Made by a program: the position numbers and the translations under genes
NCBI GenBank assembly: GCA_030390025.1
Contig: CM059433.1
Location: 12,154,001-12,218,000 of the forward strand
Reading direction: 5' to 3'
Origin: Squalus acanthias
Lineage: Eukaryota
DNA length: 64,000 bases
Notes under the pieces: model-generated
The model's database searches: none
Seen by the model: only the letters and a program-made list of their open reading frames with translations
What the model was told of the DNA's origin: nothing
Shown here: positions 1-12,264 of the stretch, piece after piece
Numbering within the stretch: the first letter of the stretch is position 1
Layout: every line of letters starts with the position of its first letter

Positions 1-773
1 CCTTGGAGGTGATTGGAGCGCTAAATCAGGTGCTACACACCTCTCTTAAGGCACTAACGCCGAGGAGCGAGGCGCTACCTCAGAGCGCTGGCAAAGCTCA
101 TGTGAGGTCAGTCAGCAATGGAACACAGACACAATGGCACCGGCCAGTTCTTAAAGGGGAGGGTCGATTTTGCTCTCCATTCACACCCTGCTCATTGCAG
201 CCTTGAATCTCGGCCTGGAGAGACCTGTACATCAAATCTGCTGGAAAGAACAATGGAGGCGCCCAGGGAAAGAGCTCAGAGTGCAGCCCCCAAAGTCTCT
301 TCTAAATCGATGCAAGGAAGGTCAAATCAAATTGAACCTGCAAAGTGCTGCCCAGTACCCAAAACTCCTTCACACAGCGTTGAATCTCTCCAGAAGTCTC
401 TCTCTCTCTCTCTCTGAATGCGTGGTGCAAAAATGTCGCCGACAAAAAAAGGCAGGCAGTGGTCGCTTTAAATAGCACTCCCCCAGTCCCTTCCCGACTG
501 CAAAACGCTCCCCTCAACCTGTCGTTGCTAGCGGCAGGCGGTAAGGCAGGGGGTGCCACTCAATATCCGGTATGGGGCGCGACCGGGGCGTTGCATGCTT
601 GATTGACGTCATGATCTGCGGGTGCAGGAGATCGTGGCGGTAGTGTTTAGCGCCGCTGCAAAATGTCTGGTCAATTTCGCGAACGGCGCAAACATCGCCG
701 CGTCCGGGCGCTAGCTGCTTTGCGCCCCCTTAGGGCGCTAACGGGAGGCGCAAAGCCACCAAATTTTTCCCCC
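1..773. mobile_element. Right part of a GC-rich non-autonomous PIF/Harbinger-like element, cut by the window edge
   Basis: Ends in ...GCGCTAACGGGAGGCGCAAAGCCACCAAATTTTTCCCCC, nearly the same terminus as the complete element at 42689-43349. Also shares the internal TTTAAATAGCAC motif with it. Confidence 0.7.
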
Positions 774-774
774 T

Positions 775-2830
775 AGGTCACTGTCCCTGCACCCCCTTTA
801 AAATTGTACCATTTGCTTTATATTGCCATTCCTCATTCTGCCTTCCAAAATCATCACTTCACACTTCCCTGCGTTAAATTTCATCTGCCATGTGTTTGCT
901 CATTTCACCAGTCTATGTCCTCCTGAAGTCTGCTACTATCCTCCTCACGGTTTACTACATTTCTGAGTTTCATATCATTTGCAAACTATGAAATTATGCC
1001 CTGTATACCCAAGCCCAGGTTATTAATATACATCAAAGAGAGCAGTGGTCCTAATACCGACCCCTGGGGGACACGACTGTACATTACTTCGTCTGTAAAA
1101 CAACCGTTCTCCATTACTTTTTGCTTTCAATCCCTTAGCCAATCTTATGTCCATGTTGCTACTGCCCCTTTAATCCCATGAGCTTTAATATTGCTAACAA
1201 GTCTATTACGTGGCACTTTACCAAATGCCATATACACAACATCAACCGCACTACCCTCATCAACCCTTTCTGTTACTTCATAAGAACATAAGAAATGGGA
1301 GCAGGAGTAGGCCATAAGGCCCCTTGAGCCTGCTTCACCATTCAATAAGATCATGGCTGATCTTCTACTTCAACTCCACTTTACTGCCATATCCCCACTT
1401 CAAAGAACTTAATTATTTAGTCAAACACTATTGGCCTTTAAAAAATCCTTTAACAAATCCAGTGATTAACCCATGTTTTTCCAAGTGACAATTAATTTTG
1501 TCCCGGATTATTGTATCTAAAGGTTTTCCCCATCACCAACGTTAGGCTGACTGGCCTGTAGTTAGCTGGTTTATCCCCTTCCCCCCTTTTCTTTTTTTGA
1601 ACAGCGGTGTAACATTTGCAACCCACCAGTCCTCTGGTACCACGCCCATATCCAAGGAGGATTGGAAGATTGTGCCCAGAGCTTTCGCTATTTCCAACCT
1701 TACTTCCCTCAGCAACCGAGGATGCATCCCATCCAGACCGGGTGACTTCTATTTTGAGTGCTGCCAACCTTTTAAGTACCTCCTCTATCTTTTTTATCCT
1801 ATCCAATTTCTCTACGATCTCCTCCTTTACTGTGGCATTGGCAGCATCCTCTTCTTTTGTGAAGACAGATACAATATATTCATTCAGTACCTCAGCCATG
1901 CTCTCTGCCTCCACAAGATGATCTCCTTTTTGGTCCTTAGTTGGCTCCACCCTTCCTTTAACCATCCTTTTACTATTTATATATTTATAAAAAGACTTTT
2001 GGGTTCCCTTTTATGTTACCCACTATTCTCATACACTCACTTTGCCAGTTATTTTGTTTTTCAGTTCTCCTCGGCACTTTCTGTATTTAACTTGGTTCTC
2101 TACTGTATTATGAACCTGATATTTATCCAAGTCTCCTTTTCCGGTTTCATTTAGTCATCCAGGGAGCTCTTGCTTTGGATGCTCTTCCTTTCCCCCTTGT
2201 CGGAATGTGTCTAGGCTGTACCCGAGCTATATCCTCTTTGAAGGCCTCTCATTGCTCGTTTACTGTTTTGCCTGCCAATCTTTGATTTCAATCCACCAGG
2301 GCCAGATCACTTTTCAACTCAATGAAATTAGCTCACCTCCAATTGAATATTTTCACATTTAATTTTTCCTTTTATTTATTCATAACTACTCTAAACCTAA
2401 TCATATTGTGATCACTGCTTCCCAAATGCTCTCCCACTTCATTCCCCAGAACTAGATCGAGCACAGCTTCCTTCCTTATTGGGCTGGAAATGTACTGATT
2501 AAGAAAGTTCTCCAGTACACATTTCAGGAATTCCTCCTCCTCTGCCTTTACACTACTTTTCCAGTCTATATTAGGATAATGGAAGTCCCCCATCATCACT
2601 ACTCTATTGTTCTTGCCTGAAATTTGCTCCTCCATCTCCTTCCCACTATTTGGTGGCCTATAGTACAGATCCAGCAGCATAACAGCTAACAGCTGATCTT
2701 TTGTTCTTAACTCTACCCAAATAGATTCTGGCTTTGAACCCTCAAGTACATCATCCTTTTTCCAGTGCAATAGCAGTATCTTTGATCAATACTGTCATAC
2801 ACCCTTCCTTTGTTTCCGTCCCTATTTTAC
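775..2830 (-). mobile_element. Degenerate CR1 LINE (endonuclease + RT fragments), with a CR1 3'-end fragment inserted at about 1280-1400
   Basis: Minus-strand ORFs read ESIWVEL..YYRPPNS..MGDFHYPNIDW (APE endonuclease), ANVTPLFKK, NYRPVSLT and VDVVYMAF (RT). Frameshifted. Confidence 0.9.
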
Positions 2831-2916
2831 CAGAATACATTGTAGCCATGTAATGTACATATGACAATAGTTTTCGTTGCTGAGGAAATAATGTTTTCAA
2901 TATACATGACGAATCA

Positions 2917-3258
<342 letters not shown>

Positions 3259-3339
3259 TTAAGAATGTTAAAAGTAAACACTCACACTCACCAGGTTTAA
3301 TCTGATGAACAGCTGAGCTATACACACAAGGATGATCCT

Positions 3340-3690
3340 ACACTTGATCCCACATCTGTCGGTCAGCTGACCTCAGTTGGGATAGCAGTAGGGTCAAAAC
3401 AATTGGTCTCAGTGTTCCTGAGATAGGAAGGGAAAAATCATCAGGATTCCCACTCCTGACTGCTGTCCGACAACCTCTCCTGGATGTATGTGTGTGGCTG
3501 CCAAGTGAGACAGGATCAGACTTGGCGGTGATGGCCCTGGCATTGAATAACCTGCCAACGACTTACCATCAAGGATCAAACAAGAATAACGGCCACTTGG
3601 GTGAGGTACTGGAAGGTGACCAGCAGCCGTGGAACCATTCCCCAGAAACAGCAAATGCCTTCACTCAAGTGGGTGAGAGAGAAAACGGGC
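3340..3690 (+). repeat. Old unclassified interspersed repeat (SINE-like); further copies at about 41320-41700, 50780-51110 and 59620-59960
   Basis: Collinear motifs shared among copies: CTCAGYTGGG..., CCCACTCCTGAYTGCT, GACAGGATCAGRCT, AATRRCCACTTRGGTGAGGTA. Confidence 0.6.
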
Positions 3691-4427
3691 AAGAAAATAG
3701 GGGTGAAAAATGCATTTAAATGTCTTTTTCAGCTTCTCAAAATAGACACATCCACAATGGCAGCCCAATTGTAAGCAAAGGACATGAATAGAAGCATCAA
3801 CATTTACTATTGTTTTACCATACAGGAAAACTTTTCTACGCTTTCATGGAAAAGGGGGTGGGAAATTTCCTGCACTGTGAATCAGCCAAAAGGGTTGTCA
3901 TGAGAAGGCAATACAAGTTTACTTAAAAAAAAAATTTCAGTTTCCAACCGAACTCGGGAACAGGGTCTCAGCTTCAGTCCTCCTATGCCATCTGTAGGCA
4001 TCATAGTGTGGTGAGCATGAGAATGGTCCAATGGCTGCAGTGATCCTCGAATGGATGGGACAGCCAATTGTTCATTTGATTTATCAAGAAACTGGCAAGT
4101 ACAAGGGAAAGGAAGGGATCCCCAAAACATCCTTTTTATCTGCCCATTAGGTCATTTGGGAATGTATATTTTGGTGTTAATAGTCCTTTAGTCATTTTTT
4201 TGTGGTTATAGTTACTTGAGTAGTTAAAGATTGGCAAACAGGAGTACATGATACAAAATCTTGCACAAACCCGGTGATGTAACCTAGTCTCTCCATTTTG
4301 AATCCAATCAGAGTGCCTCCGTTGTACATATGCTTACATCCAGTAACTCCACAACTGAAACACATAGGAGGCTCTTTTTCAATCCAGGTAACACCGACTT
4401 GGTTCCGGAGATAACTTTTGTTTTTAA

Positions 4428-4866
4428 GAAAAGACTTGCATTTATATAGCGCCTTTCACAACCTCAGGACGTCCCAAAGTGCTTTACAGCCAATGATGCG
4501 TAGTCACTGTTGTACTGTAGGAAACGCGGCAGCCAATTGCGCACAGCAAGCTCCCACAAACAGCAATGTGATAATGACAAGATAATCTGTTATAGCGATT
4601 TCCGTTGATAAATATTGGCCAGGACACCGGGGGTGACTCCCCTGCTCTTCTTCGAAATAGTGCCATGGGATCTTAAACGTCCACCTGAGAGCACAGACAG
4701 GGGGCCTCGGTTTAACATCTCATCCAAAAGACAGCACCTCTGACAGTGCAGCACTGCGCTGGAGTGTCAGCTTAGATTTTTGTGCTCAAGTCCCCGGAGT
4801 GGGACTTGAACCCACAACCTTCTGACTCAGAGGTGAGGGTGCTACCCACTGAGCCACGGCTGACAC
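4428..4866 (-). mobile_element. tRNA-derived SINE with Deu domain (SacSINE1/AmnSINE1-like) and L2-like tail
   Basis: Head GTGTCAGCCGTGGCTCAGTGGGTAGC...GGTTCAAGTCCC carries A and B boxes. Body GGATGAGATGTTAAACCGAGGCCCC...CAGGTGGACG...CTATTTCGAAGAAGAGCAGGG. Tail GCTATATAAATGCAAGTCTTT. Confidence 0.85.
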
Positions 4867-5279
4867 TTAAACCGTAAAACCAAGTTGGAATATCCTGAGC
4901 TTCTGAGACTTAATTTTGCAGCCAAATTTAAAACAAATCTGTGTTACCTTATTTTTAAAATCCAAGTGCATTGATTTATTTTTATGCTAGCACCGTCATG
5001 GAGGGTTTCATACGGGTCCCAGTATAGTGCGTTTTTACCCAAAGTGGAGCTGACCAAGTACCAAATGAGCAACAACGGTGGTGCTCCATGCCTGATGCAG
5101 ATTCTGCTCCACAGAAAACATGCATCAGCTGTGCTTTTTCCCTTATACTTAAATGCAATTACTAAAAGTAAACAGTTCTGATAGAATACAATGGAACCTC
5201 TTAATTGTTACAGTAGTGATTTTTACAAAAAACTGTTTTAGCATACTGGTATTTTCCCCAAGAGCTCATTTTAAAATTA

Positions 5280-5420
5280 TGAAACATAAGAACATAAGAA
5301 ATAGGGGCAGGAGTAGGCCACTTGGCCCCTCGAGCCTGCTCCGCCATTCAATAAGATCATGGCTGATCTTGGGCTCAAAGCCACTTCCCCGCCCGCTCCC
5401 CATAACCCTTCACTCCCTCC
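5280..5420 (-). mobile_element. CR1 3'-end fragment
   Basis: Plus strand reads CATAAGAACATAAGAA...GCAGGAGTAGGCCA...GAGCCTGCTCCGCCATTCAATAAGATCATGGCTGATC, the reverse complement of the CR1 tail. Confidence 0.8.
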
Positions 5421-5497
5421 AACGTTATCTAATCCACAAGCTGGCCAACAACAATTCCACAGGACCTAGAAACAAACCAAATTATACAACAACCTAC

Positions 5498-5611
5498 CTG
5501 CACGGAATCTGTAGTGTGGTTAGTCGGCTGACCACTTTTGCCATAGCCTTGACCATGTGCTGTGAGTAATCGCCCACAGAGATCAACAGCAGCTCTCCAG
5601 TTCTTAGTATT
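5498..5611 (-). CDS. TRAPPC12: TRAPPC12 coding exon (probable exon 4; 114 nt, phase 0)
   Basis: ctaacag|AAT acceptor. Translates [38 protein letters not shown]. Donor CAG|gtagg. Confidence 0.95.
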
Positions 5612-5969
5612 CTGTTAGCATAGAAAGAAAATTTTTACGAACCCATCAATTGCTTAGGATATTTCAAGCATGTGCATATACTGTAGCAGTGAATGTTACC
5701 TTAAAAAAGGCTACTATTAGCAAACATCTACCATGAGATTTCAGATCAGGATAAACATGCAAATTATCCAATAAGGGACATCAAAACACAAGCTAACTTC
5801 AACGTCAATCAATCAAAAATTCCAGATTCCTGGACGGGGGAAAATCTCGGTTCTAATTTAGCCAAGAACAATGGGATGAAAAGTTCTTCCAAGAGCCCTG
5901 CTAGAAGCGCGGCTAGTTCTGGAGCATTAGTCTTCAGCACTACAGCCGGGATGTTGTCGAGGCCCAAAG

Positions 5970-6370
5970 CATAGAAACAGAAAAAAATAGGAGCAGGAGT
6001 AGGCCATTCAATATGAGCATGGCTGATCCTCTATCTCAATACCATATTCCTGCTCTCCCCATACCCCTTGATGCCTTTTGTGTCTAGAAATCTATCTATC
6101 TCCTTCATAAATATATTCAGTGACTTGGCCTCCACAGCCTTCTGTGGGAGAGAATTCCACAGGTTCACCACCCTCTGAGTGAAGAAATTTCTCCTCACCT
6201 CAGTCCTAAATGTCCTACCCCGTATCCTGAGACTGTGACCCCTCGTTCTAGACATCCCAGCCAGGGGAAACATCCTCCCTGCATCCAGTCTGTCCAGCCC
6301 GTCAGAATTTTATACGTTTCATTGAGATCCCCTCTCATTCTTCTAAACTCTTTCTAAATTCTTCTAAACT
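5970..6370 (-). mobile_element. CR1 3' region
   Basis: ORF MFPLAGMSRTRGHSLRIRGRTFRTEVRRNFFTQRVVNLWNSLP, the CR1 ORF2 C-terminus, followed by the tail. Confidence 0.9.
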
Positions 6371-6384
6371 GTTCATGGAGCCTC

Positions 6385-8030
6385 GTCCTCCAGTTAGTTG
6401 TTTAATTGTCCACCACCATTCACGACTGGATGTGGCAGGACTGCAGAGCTTGATCTGATCCGTTGATTGTGGGACCGCTTAGGTCTGTCTACAGCATGCT
6501 GCTTATGCTGGTTAGCACGCATGTAGTCCTGTGTTGCAGCTTCCCCAGGTTGGCACCTCATTTTTAGGTATGCCTGGTGCTGCTCCTGGCGTGCCCTTCT
6601 ACACTCCTCATTGAACCAGGGTTGGTCCCCTGCCTTGATGGTAATGGTAGAGTGAGGGATATGCTGGGCCATGAGGTTACAGATTGTGGTGGGATACCAT
6701 TCTGCAGTGCCCAACGCATGCCCAATTTTGAGCTTCTAAATCTGTTCTGAATCGATCCTATTTAGCACAGTGGTAATGCCACACAACATGATGGAGAGTG
6801 TTATCAGTGTGAAGATGGGACTTCATCTCCACAAGGACTGTGCGGTGGCCACTCCTACCAATACGGTCATGGATAGATATATCTGCAACAGGTAGGTTGG
6901 TGAGGAGGAGGTCAAGTAGGTTTTTCCCTCGTGTTGGTTCTCTCACCACCTGCCGCAGGCCCAGTCTGGCAGCTATGTCCTTCAGGACTCGGCCAGCTCA
7001 GTCAGTAGTGGTGCTACCGAGCCACTCTTGGTGATGGACACTGAAGTCCCGCACCCAGATTAGGTTCTGTGCCCTTGCTACTCTCAGTGCTTCTTCCAAG
7101 TGGTGTTCAACATGGAGGAGTACTGATTCATCAGCTGAGGGAGGGCAGTAGGTGGCAATCAGCAGGAGGTTTCCTTGTCCATGTTTGACCTTATGCCATG
7201 AGACTTCATGGGGTCCAGAGTCAATGCTGAGAACTCCCAGGGCCACTTCCTGCTTACTGTATAACACTGTGCCGCCACCTCTGGTGGGTCTGTCCTGCCA
7301 GTGAGACAGGACAAACCCAGGGATGGTGATGGAGGATTCTGGGATGTTGGCTGAAAGGCATGATTCTGTGCGTATGACTTGGTCAGTGTTTCACTGGCTG
7401 AGTAGGACGATGTCAGGACTAGTCTACAATTGAGCCATGATCTAATTGAATAGCAGAACAGGCTCAAGGGGCTAAATGACCTACTCCTGTTCTTATTTGA
7501 CTGTATGCATTTTAATATTTTTATTGTATTTTGTCAATAGTTGACGTGTATTCAAGAAAAAGTTATGTCAAATGTAATTTGTTACATTTTGGGACAGCTC
7601 TCCCAATTTTGGCACAAGTTCCCACTCGCAGGGTCGACTGGGCTGGGTGTGCCTTTGTCGCGTCCGAATCCGGTGCCGAGGTTGATGCCAGATGGTCCGG
7701 TTTTATTCTTATTGTTTTTCGTAGCAGTTTGATACAACTGAGTGGTTTACTAGGCCAGTTCAGAGGGCAGTTAAGAGTCAATCACATTGCTGGGGGTCTG
7801 GAGTCACAGAGGCCAGACCGGGTAAGGACAGCAGATTTCCTTCCCTAAAGGACATTAGTGAACCTGATATGCTTTTACGACAATCCGGTAATTTCATGGT
7901 CACCATTACTGAGACTAGCTTTTTATTCCAGGTTTATTTAATTAACTGAATTTAAATTCCTGTCTCCGGATCATTAGTCCAGGCCTCTGGATTACTAGTC
8001 CAGTAACATAACCACTATGCTACCGTACCC
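6385..8030 (-). mobile_element. 5' part of a second LINE family ('family B', CR1/jockey group): tRNA-like head, short leader and APE endonuclease domain; interrupted at about 7425-7590
   Basis: Head GGGTACGGTAGCATAGTGGTTATGTTACTGGACTAGTAATCCAG starts at 8030. Downstream peptides: ATYCPPSADESVLLHVEHHLEE..DFSVHHQEWLGS, EPTRGKNLLDLLLTN..SGHRTV, DQPWFNEECRRA. Confidence 0.8.
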
Positions 8031-8299
8031 TATCTGACTTGTAATTTTAATTAGTTTCTAATTCCAGAAACTTCAGCTGTAACCTTTATTGAAGTTCATT
8101 AAACACAGTGTTTCACTGGCAGAACAGCTATAACAACGAGAACCTACAGGAAGAAAGTCACGGTCAACAGTTTAAAATGGTTACTGCAGCAGTTACTGGA
8201 CATTGAGGGCTTCCAAAATGTAACAAATTACATTTGTCATTACTTTTTCTTGAATCTATTTCAACGATTGATAAAATGCAATAATATTAAATGCATACA

Positions 8300-9770
8300 G
8301 TCAAATAGGAACATCGGAACAGGAGTAGGTCATTTAGCCCCTTGAGCCTGTTCTACCATTCAATTAGATCATAGCTGATCTGTCCCTCAACTCCATTTAT
8401 ACTAAATTACATAGAATATACAGCACAGAAACAGGTCATTCGGCCCGACCAGTCCATGCCAGCGTTTATGCTCCACTCAAGCCTCCTCCCATCCTTCCTT
8501 ATCTAACTCTATCAGCATAACCCTCGATTCCCTTCGCCCTCATATGCTTATCCTGCCTCCCCTTAAATACATCTATACTACTCGCTTCAACCACTTCCTG
8601 TGGTTGAGAATCCCACATTCTCACCACTCTCTGGGTAAAGAAGTTTCTTCTGAATTCCCCATTTGATTTCTTCGTGACTATCTCATATTGACGGCCTCTA
8701 GTTTTGCTCTTTGCCACAAGTGGAAACATTCTCTGTGTCTACGCTATCAAAACCCTTCATAATTTTAAAGACCTCACCCTTCAGCCTTTGCTTTTCAAGA
8801 GAAAAGAGACCCAGCCTGCTCATCCTTTCCTGATAGGTATAACCTCGCAGTTCTGGCATCATCCTTGTAAATCTTTTTTGAATCCTCTCATGTGCCTCTG
8901 TATCCTTTTTATAAGGTGACCAGAACTGTACTCCAACTGTGGTCCAACGAAGGTTCGATACAAGATTAGCATAGTTTCTCTACTTTTCAATTCTTTCCCG
9001 CTAGAAATAAACTCCAGGGCTTGGTTTGCTTTTTTTTTTTAAATGGCCTTATTAACCTGCGTCGCTACTTTTAGTGATTTGTGTATTTGTACTCCCAGAT
9101 CCCTTTGCTCCTCTACCCTATTTAGATTCTTATTTTCCAAGTAATATGTGACCACCTTATTTTCCAAGTAATATGTGACCCACCTTATTTTCCAAGTAAT
9201 ATGTGACCCACCTTATTTTCCAAGTAATATGTGACCCACCTTATTTTCCAAGTAATATGTGACCCACCTTATTTTCCAAGTAATATGTGACCCACCTTAT
9301 TTTCCAAGTAATATGTGACCCACCTTATTTTCCAAGTAATATGTGACCCACCTTATTTTCCAAGTAATATGTGACCCACCTTATTTTCCAAGTAATATGT
9401 GACCCACCTTATTTTCCAAGTAATATGTGACCCACCTTATTTTCCAAGTAATATGTGACCCATCTTATTTTCCAAGTAATATGTGACCACCTTATTTTCC
9501 AAGTAATATGTGACCACCTTATTTTCCAAGTAATATGTGACCCACCTTATTTTCCAAGTAATATGTGACCCACCTTATTTTCCAAGTAATATGTGACCCA
9601 CCTTATTTTCCAAGTAATATGTGACCCACCTTATTTTCCAAGTAATATGTGACCACCTTATTTTCCAAGTAATATGTGACCACCTTATTTTTCTTATCAA
9701 ACTGTAATACTGCACACTTAGCTATATTGAAATTCATATGCCCATTCTGCAAGTTTATTACCTACCTTTG
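8300..9770 (-). mobile_element. CR1 LINE 3' portion containing a minisatellite
   Basis: MFPLVAKSKTRGRQY..RRNFFTQRVVRMWD ORF and CR1 tail. Collinear with the copies at 28115-29140 and 55725-56570. Confidence 0.85.
9129..9690. repeat. Minisatellite, 27-28 bp unit CTTATTTTCCAAGTAATATGTGACC(C)AC, about 20 copies
   Basis: Counted directly. Units are near identical, abut head to tail and have no spacers. Confidence 0.97.
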
Positions 9771-9834
9771 AGCAATATTCCTAGATACCCTGGTGTAATA
9801 AAAATCTGTTGATCACAATCTTGAAAATTTTAAT

Positions 9835-10340
9835 CACAGAATCATAGAATAGTACAGCACAGAAGGACGCCATTTGGCCCATCGAGTTTGTGCCGGCCCT
9901 TTCGAAGAGCAATCCAGTTCGTCCCACTCGCCTGCTCTTTCCCCATATCCCTGCAATTTTTTCTCCTTCAAGTATTTATCCAATTCCCTTTCAAAGACTA
10001 CTATTGAATCTGTATCCACCACCCTATCGGGCAGTGCATTCCAAATCCTAACCACTCATTGCTTAAAAAAGTTTTTCCTCATGTCGCATCTGGTTCCTTT
10101 GCCAATCACCTTAAATCTGTGCCCGTGTTATCGACCCTTGAGCCATTGGAAACTGTTTCTCTTTATTTACTCTATCTAAATCCTTCATGGCTTTAAACAC
10201 CTCTAACAAATCTCCTCTTGGCCTTCTCTGCTCCAAGGGCAACAATCCCAGCTTCTCAGTCTATCCACGTAACTGTAATGCCTCATCCCTGACACCATTC
10301 TAGTAAATCTCTTTTGTACTCTCTCCAAAGCCTTCCCGAT
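9835..10340 (-). mobile_element. CR1 3' region
   Basis: MVRIWNALPDRVVDTDSIVVFERELDKYL ORF with a TTCTATGATTCTGTG tail. Confidence 0.85.
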
Positions 10341-10349
10341 TTTACTCCT

Positions 10350-11570
10350 GAATGGCCGAGCTCTGTGGGGGAGGGTTTAAACTAATCTGGCAGGAGGAGT
10401 GGAGCCAGAATGAAGCACGGAGGAGACACAAGGTCTGGAATAGAGGACTGGAAGAGACAAACAGCATTAGAATAAATAGCAGTCTAGAAAGAGGAGGGAC
10501 CAGACAGGGCAGAAATGCAAAGCAGACTAAGGCGGGCTTGAAGTGCATCTGCATAAATACACGGAGCATGCCAAAATTAGGTTGGTGAGCAGCTTCCATA
10601 AGTTGCCACATGGGGTTAGGATATAGTGACAATAACAGAGACCTGGCTCAAACAAGAGTAGGAATGGAAACTTAATATCCCTAGCTACAATGTATTCAGG
10701 AGGGATAGGGAAGGGGAAAAAAAAAGATTGTGGGGGTGGGGAGTGATTAAAGATACGGTTACAGCCCTGGAAAGGGATGATGTGCTAGAGGGTTCAAAGA
10801 CAGAACGCTGCTGGGTGTACACGATAGACCAAATAGTGAGGAAGGAGATGGAGGAACAAATTTGCAAGCAAATTTCAGAGAGATGTAAAAACAATAGGAT
10901 AATGATAACGGGGGACTTCAATTCTCCTAACATAGACGGAAATAAACAAAGTGTCAAGGGCAAGGAGGAGGAGGAATTCCTGAAATGTGTACAGGAGAAC
11001 TTTCTTGATCAGTTTGTTTCTAGCCCAACAAGGATGGAAGCAATGCTGGATCTAGTTCTGAGGAATGAAGTGGGGTAAATGGAGCTTCTTTAAGTGAGAG
11101 AGCATCTGGAAAACAGTGACAACAATATTAGGTTTAGAGTAGTTATGGAAAAGGACAAGGTGAAAATAATCAACTGGAAGAGTTAAAAAGGGATGTGGCC
11201 CAGGTGGATTGCAAACAAAGATTGGCAGGTAAAACAATAAATAAGCAATGAGAGGCCTTGAAGGGAGAGATCGTTCAGGTACAAACTAAACACAGTCCCA
11301 GGAGGGGGAAAGGAAGGGTATGCAAAGCTAGAGCTCCCTGGGTGACTAAAGAAATTGAGATTAAAATGATACAGAAAAATGAGTGTAGTGGAAGCAGATT
11401 CAGTAGTAACTTTAAAAGGGAATTGGATATATACTTGAAAAAGAAAAATTTGCATGGCTATAGGGAAAGAGTGGGGGAGTGGGACTAATTGGATAGCTCT
11501 TTCAAAGAGCTGGCACAGGCATGATGGGCCGAATAGCCTTATTCTATGCTGTACGATTCTATAATTCTAA
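10350..11570 (+). mobile_element. CR1 fragment (endonuclease region joined to a 3' end)
   Basis: LKCICINTRS, ITGDFNSPNID, FVSSPTRMEAMLDLVL; ends in a CR1 tail at about 11570. Confidence 0.85.
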
Positions 11571-11664
11571 TTTTAAGAGTGTGCACCATTGTTCTGGATT
11601 CCTCCACCAGAGGAAAGAGTTTTTCTGTATCCACCCCATCTTGTCCCTTTATTATTTTAAAGAC

Positions 11665-11901
11665 CTATGATAAATTGACCCTTAGTGTTAGGGGGGGATC
11701 AAATATGTGGGGATAGGATGGGATATGTTAGGGGGAATTAAATACGTGGGGTTACGGGGGTAGGGTGGGATATGTGTACTGTGGGGATTAAAGCAGGGAC
11801 AGGGTACTGGACTTGGATGATCAGCCATGATCGTATTGAATGGTGGAGCAGGCTCGACGGGCCGAATGGCCTACTCCTGCTCCTAGATTCTATGTTTCTA
11901 T
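11665..11901 (+). mobile_element. 5'-truncated HE1/V-SINE-like element inserted in an antisense CR1
   Basis: ATGATAAATTGACCCTTAGTG...TAAATACGTGGGG body shared with 27755-27920. Ends in a CR1-type tail TTCTATGTTTCTATG. Short GACCT duplication at the flanks. Confidence 0.65.
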
Positions 11902-11964
11902 GACCTCAATTAGATCACCTCTCAAGATTCTAAACTCAAGGGAATACACGCCAAGCTTTTTAAA

Positions 11965-12264
11965 AAAAAAATTAATTCATGGGATGTGGGCGTCACTGGC
12001 AAGGCCAGCATTTACTGCCCATCCCTAATTGCCCTCGAGAAGATGATGGTGAGCCGCCTTCTTGAACTACTGCAGTCCATGTGGTGAAGGTACTCCCACA
12101 GTGCTGTTAGGTAGTGAGCTCCAGGATTTTGACCCAGCGACGATGAAGGAACGGCGATATACTTCTAAGTCAGGATGGTGTGAGACTTGGAGGTGGTGGT
12201 GTTCCCATGCGCCTGCTGCCCTTGTCTTTCTAGGTGGTAGAAGATAAAGGGCAGCAGGCGCATG
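11965..12264 (-). mobile_element. LINE family B 3'-end fragment with 5' fold-back
   Basis: Matches the 3' end at 43730-44030 (GGCAAGGCCAGCATTTA...GCCCATCCCTA...GAGAAG...). Confidence 0.85.

Noticed and set aside
7960..8030. Genuine tRNA gene (also considered for the heads at 4866, 27539, 31064 and 57622)
   Set aside because: Only a partial cloverleaf is present, with no acceptor-stem closure or terminator, and each head runs straight into a retroelement body.
9129..9690. CRISPR-like array of 28-bp repeats
   Set aside because: The units abut with no unique spacers, there are no cas genes, the context is eukaryotic, and the unit derives from CR1 sequence.
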